A stretch of 24,780 nt of DNA, taken from positions 1-24,780 of the IMG/VR virus record IMGVR_UViG_3300037067_004563, one strand, 5' to 3'. This DNA is from a virus. Of the stretch, positions 22,621 to 24,780 are shown piece after piece. The translations under genes were made by a program, and so were the position numbers. The notes beneath the pieces were generated by a model. It searched no databases, was not told the DNA's origin, and saw nothing but the letters and a program-made list of their open reading frames with translations. The number at the start of each line of letters is the position of its first letter. The first letter of the stretch is position 1.

Positions 22621-23733
22621 ATGACAAATGAGATTAGAAAACACATGGCAAAACTTACTGAGCTTAATGAAAAGCACGAATGTACTGTAATAACTATTGG
22701 AAATCACAAAGGTGGCTGTCAAAAGACAACTACCTGTTTTAATCTTGCAAACTATTTGTTTGAAGAAAACAATAGAGTATTGCTTGTTGATACTGATCCA
22801 CAGGGAAGTCTTGGAAAGTGCTTTAATGTAAATGGCAACGAGCCATCATACAGAGAAAACACACTTTCAAATGTGTATACAGAACTTAAAAACATGCACG
22901 GAAATGCAATAAATGTGCCTATACATGTAAGAGGAGACATAAAACAGCCAGACGGTGCTTCAATATCTTTAATACCTGGCAGCAATGGTTTAATACCTAC
23001 AGTTAAATTTGTTGAAGAAACTCAGGGAGGGGAAGACAAGACATGGAAGCGATTTGTTAATTTAATTGAAACTTACAAGCAGTATTTTGACTATATCATA
23101 TTTGACACTACTCCAATTATTGAGAACAATAAAAGTTGCAGGCACGCATTAAGTGTTTCTGACTGTGTAGTTATTCCTGTTGATGCAATTGAGGCAATAG
23201 AAGAAATTGACTGGACTGTAGAAATGATAACAACCTACGGGAAAAAGAATCCAAATGTACTTTTTGCATTTACTAAGTATCAGGTTGATGATAAGGATCT
23301 TGTAGAAATGTTTGAAAGTCAGTGTTCAGTTAAGCACCTGCCTATGTGTCTTGATCCTGTGAGTGTAAAGGGCAATGGAAAAATCAAAGGTTATGACGAG
23401 CGCAGAAACACTTCTTACAGATTTATGCTTAAGGTATTTCCTTATAATATTTGTGTAACCGGAATACCTGAGCAGCAGAGACTAAACAACAACACTTATA
23501 TGAATGTTGACAAAAAGTATAAAACTATAATTAATAGTCTTTGTCTGGAAATCAAAAGAAAAGCAAAAAGTAATGCAGTGGAAAACCTTTGTGATGAAAA
23601 TCTTTGGAGTGTCAAAAGAGATTTGTTGAATAAATATGTCGGAATTGTAAGACATTATAAAATGAAAAACACTAACATTAAGGTAAATAAAGTAGTCTTT
23701 GAGGACATAGAAGAATCAACTGTTAGTATCTGA
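22621..23733 (+). CDS. parA: ParA/Soj-family ATPase
   Basis: NHKGGCQKTT deviant Walker A, VLLVDTDPQGSL, DYIIFDTTP Walker B, ALSVSDCVVIPV. Confidence 0.88.
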   Translation: MTNEIRKHMAKLTELNEKHECTVITIGNHKGGCQKTTTCFNLANYLFEENNRVLLVDTDPQGSLGKCFNVNGNEPSYRENTLSNVYTELKNMHGNAINVPIHVRGDIKQPDGASISLIPGSNGLIPTVKFVEETQGGEDKTWKRFVNLIETYKQYFDYIIFDTTPIIENNKSCRHALSVSDCVVIPVDAIEAIEEIDWTVEMITTYGKKNPNVLFAFTKYQVDDKDLVEMFESQCSVKHLPMCLDPVSVKGNGKIKGYDERRNTSYRFMLKVFPYNICVTGIPEQQRLNNNTYMNVDKKYKTIINSLCLEIKRKAKSNAVENLCDENLWSVKRDLLNKYVGIVRHYKMKNTNIKVNKVVFEDIEESTVSI

Positions 23734-23767
23734 GTATAGATAACTATATAACCAATAACTCCAATTA

Positions 23768-23795
23768 TAACAGGCTCACATTAACGAGCCTGTTA
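23768..23795. repeat. 10-bp perfect inverted repeat TAACAGGCTC-N8-GAGCCTGTTA between parA and polA
   Basis: Read directly. Confidence 0.75.
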
Positions 23796-23813
23796 AATAA
23801 AATGGTGGTATAA

Positions 23814-24780
23814 GTGGACAAGGATTACTTTACAACTCAAAACCTAGTGTACCTAGACATTGAAACAGACGATTCTGCTGACTGTGGTACAGATCCTTAC
23901 AGATCAAAAATAGTAACTGTGCAGGTGATGCTTGCAGATGGTTTTAAGGCTATCAAATGTAATGACGAAATAAAGCCTGAGAAATTTAAATTCCTTGAAA
24001 AAGCAGTAGTAGTAGGACATAACCTACTCTTTGAGTGCAAATTTATCAAGCACCATTTAAACATAACTCTAAAAAATGTCTATGATACCATGATTGCAGA
24101 GCATGTAATAACAGGTGGTGTCAGTGGTAGAACTTCACTTAATGAACTCACAGAGAAATACTGTGGAATCACATTAGATAAAACCCTGCAGCGAAGTTTT
24201 GTCTATGGCAAAGAGCCTTCACCTGCGCAAGTAGAATATGCTTATCAGGATATTGTGCATTTGGAAACAATAATGAAAAAGCAGCTTGCAGAAGTTGCAC
24301 GCCTCAACCTATGGAATACATTAGAAATAGAGATGAACTGTGTTCCTGCAGTTGCCTGGATGGAGCTCTCTGGTGCAAATGTTGACATACCAACACTGAA
24401 AGAAATAGAGGCGACAGTCAGGGCACAAAAAGATTCTGTGGAAGATACTTTAAAAGCTGAACTAACTTATGAGCAGTCAGACGCAAAAGGAAAGCAAATG
24501 ACGCTTTTTGGTGGAGTGACTCAGATAACACCTGATCTTACAAGCCCTAAACAGCTTCTTGAGGCTTTGCACAGGAAAGGATTAAAGAACATGGCAGGCA
24601 CAGGAAAGCAGGAAATGTCTAAGTATCAAGGCAACCCAATAATAACAGATCTCAAAATATGGAAGGGTAATGAAAAGCTTCTTTCAGGGTTTATTAATCC
24701 ATTGCTAGGATATGATAGGAAAACTAAGCAGTATGGAGAGTCTAAGTTTATTAATCCTGTAACTGGCAGGGTCCACCCAA
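23814..24780 (+). CDS. polA: Family A DNA polymerase (3'-5' exonuclease plus start of polymerase domain), GTG start, truncated by window edge (not in ORF track)
   Basis: Open frame of 322 codons: ExoI YLDIETD, ExoII VGHNLLFE, YDTMIAE, ExoIII EYAYQD, LEIEMNCVPAVAWMELSGANVD, LTSPKQL, INPVTGRVHP; GGTGGTATAAGTG start. Confidence 0.9.
   Translation, partial: MDKDYFTTQNLVYLDIETDDSADCGTDPYRSKIVTVQVMLADGFKAIKCNDEIKPEKFKFLEKAVVVGHNLLFECKFIKHHLNITLKNVYDTMIAEHVITGGVSGRTSLNELTEKYCGITLDKTLQRSFVYGKEPSPAQVEYAYQDIVHLETIMKKQLAEVARLNLWNTLEIEMNCVPAVAWMELSGANVDIPTLKEIEATVRAQKDSVEDTLKAELTYEQSDAKGKQMTLFGGVTQITPDLTSPKQLLEALHRKGLKNMAGTGKQEMSKYQGNPIITDLKIWKGNEKLLSGFINPLLGYDRKTKQYGESKFINPVTGRVHP

Larger units (their letters stand above)
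1..24780. mobile_element. Segment of a dsDNA virus/provirus genome, probable Methanosarcinaceae host (replication and nucleotide-metabolism region)
   Basis: Dense operons of small ORFs with overlapping stop/start codons. Virus-typical gene set (primase-SF3 helicase, PolA, RNR, TS homologue, MazG, HNH, ERCC4). No housekeeping genes. Archaeal TATA boxes and archaeal-type NrdD/NrdH/ThyA. Confidence 0.88.

Noticed and set aside
696-22985. Many track ORFs antisense to or overlapping stronger genes (e.g. 696..965, 877..1134, 1692..1901, 2128..2377, 4724..5091, 7842..8542, 10295..10555, 13642..13953, 16662..17112, 17521..17942, 18993..19703, 21377..22419, 22752..22985)
   Set aside because: Shadow frames: no initiation motif, Ser/Phe/Leu-rich composition typical of the reverse complement of Glu/Lys-rich genes, and full overlap with motif-bearing CDSs.
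654-23812. GGTGGT motif as a Chi-like recombination site
   Set aside because: Copies are tied to start codons and the coding strand rather than scattered within genes.

Overview
This window is part of a dsDNA virus or provirus genome, most likely a tailed virus of a Methanosarcinaceae archaeon. The host inference rests on Methanosarcina-type NrdD, NrdH and ThyA-like proteins, BRE/TATA-type promoters and a GGTGGT/GGTGAT Shine-Dalgarno. No structural genes, integrase, RNA genes or CRISPR array were seen. Two arms diverge from a promoter region at about 14.73-15.05 kb. The left arm (minus strand) covers nucleotide metabolism and DNA processing: GT4 glycosyltransferase (partial), HNH nuclease, NrdH, DinG/XPD-like helicase, MazG, class III RNR, a thymidylate-synthase homologue, a nucleotide-modification-associated (DUF1599-like) protein, ERCC4 nuclease and a metallophosphoesterase. 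It also carries many tiny Cys-rich and membrane ORFs that the ORF track missed. The right arm (plus strand) is a bacterial-phage-style replication module: DnaG/TOPRIM primase-SF3 helicase fusion, an iteron-rich candidate origin, AbrB-like regulator, ParB fused to a degenerate adenine-methyltransferase domain, ParA, and a family A DNA polymerase running off the window. The top lead is the ThyA homologue, which has Asp161 at the position that is Asn in dUMP-specific enzymes and Asp in dCMP hydroxymethylases. With its neighbours this suggests a cytosine (hyper)modification pathway in an archaeal virus. All family assignments come from motif reading by eye, not from database searches.
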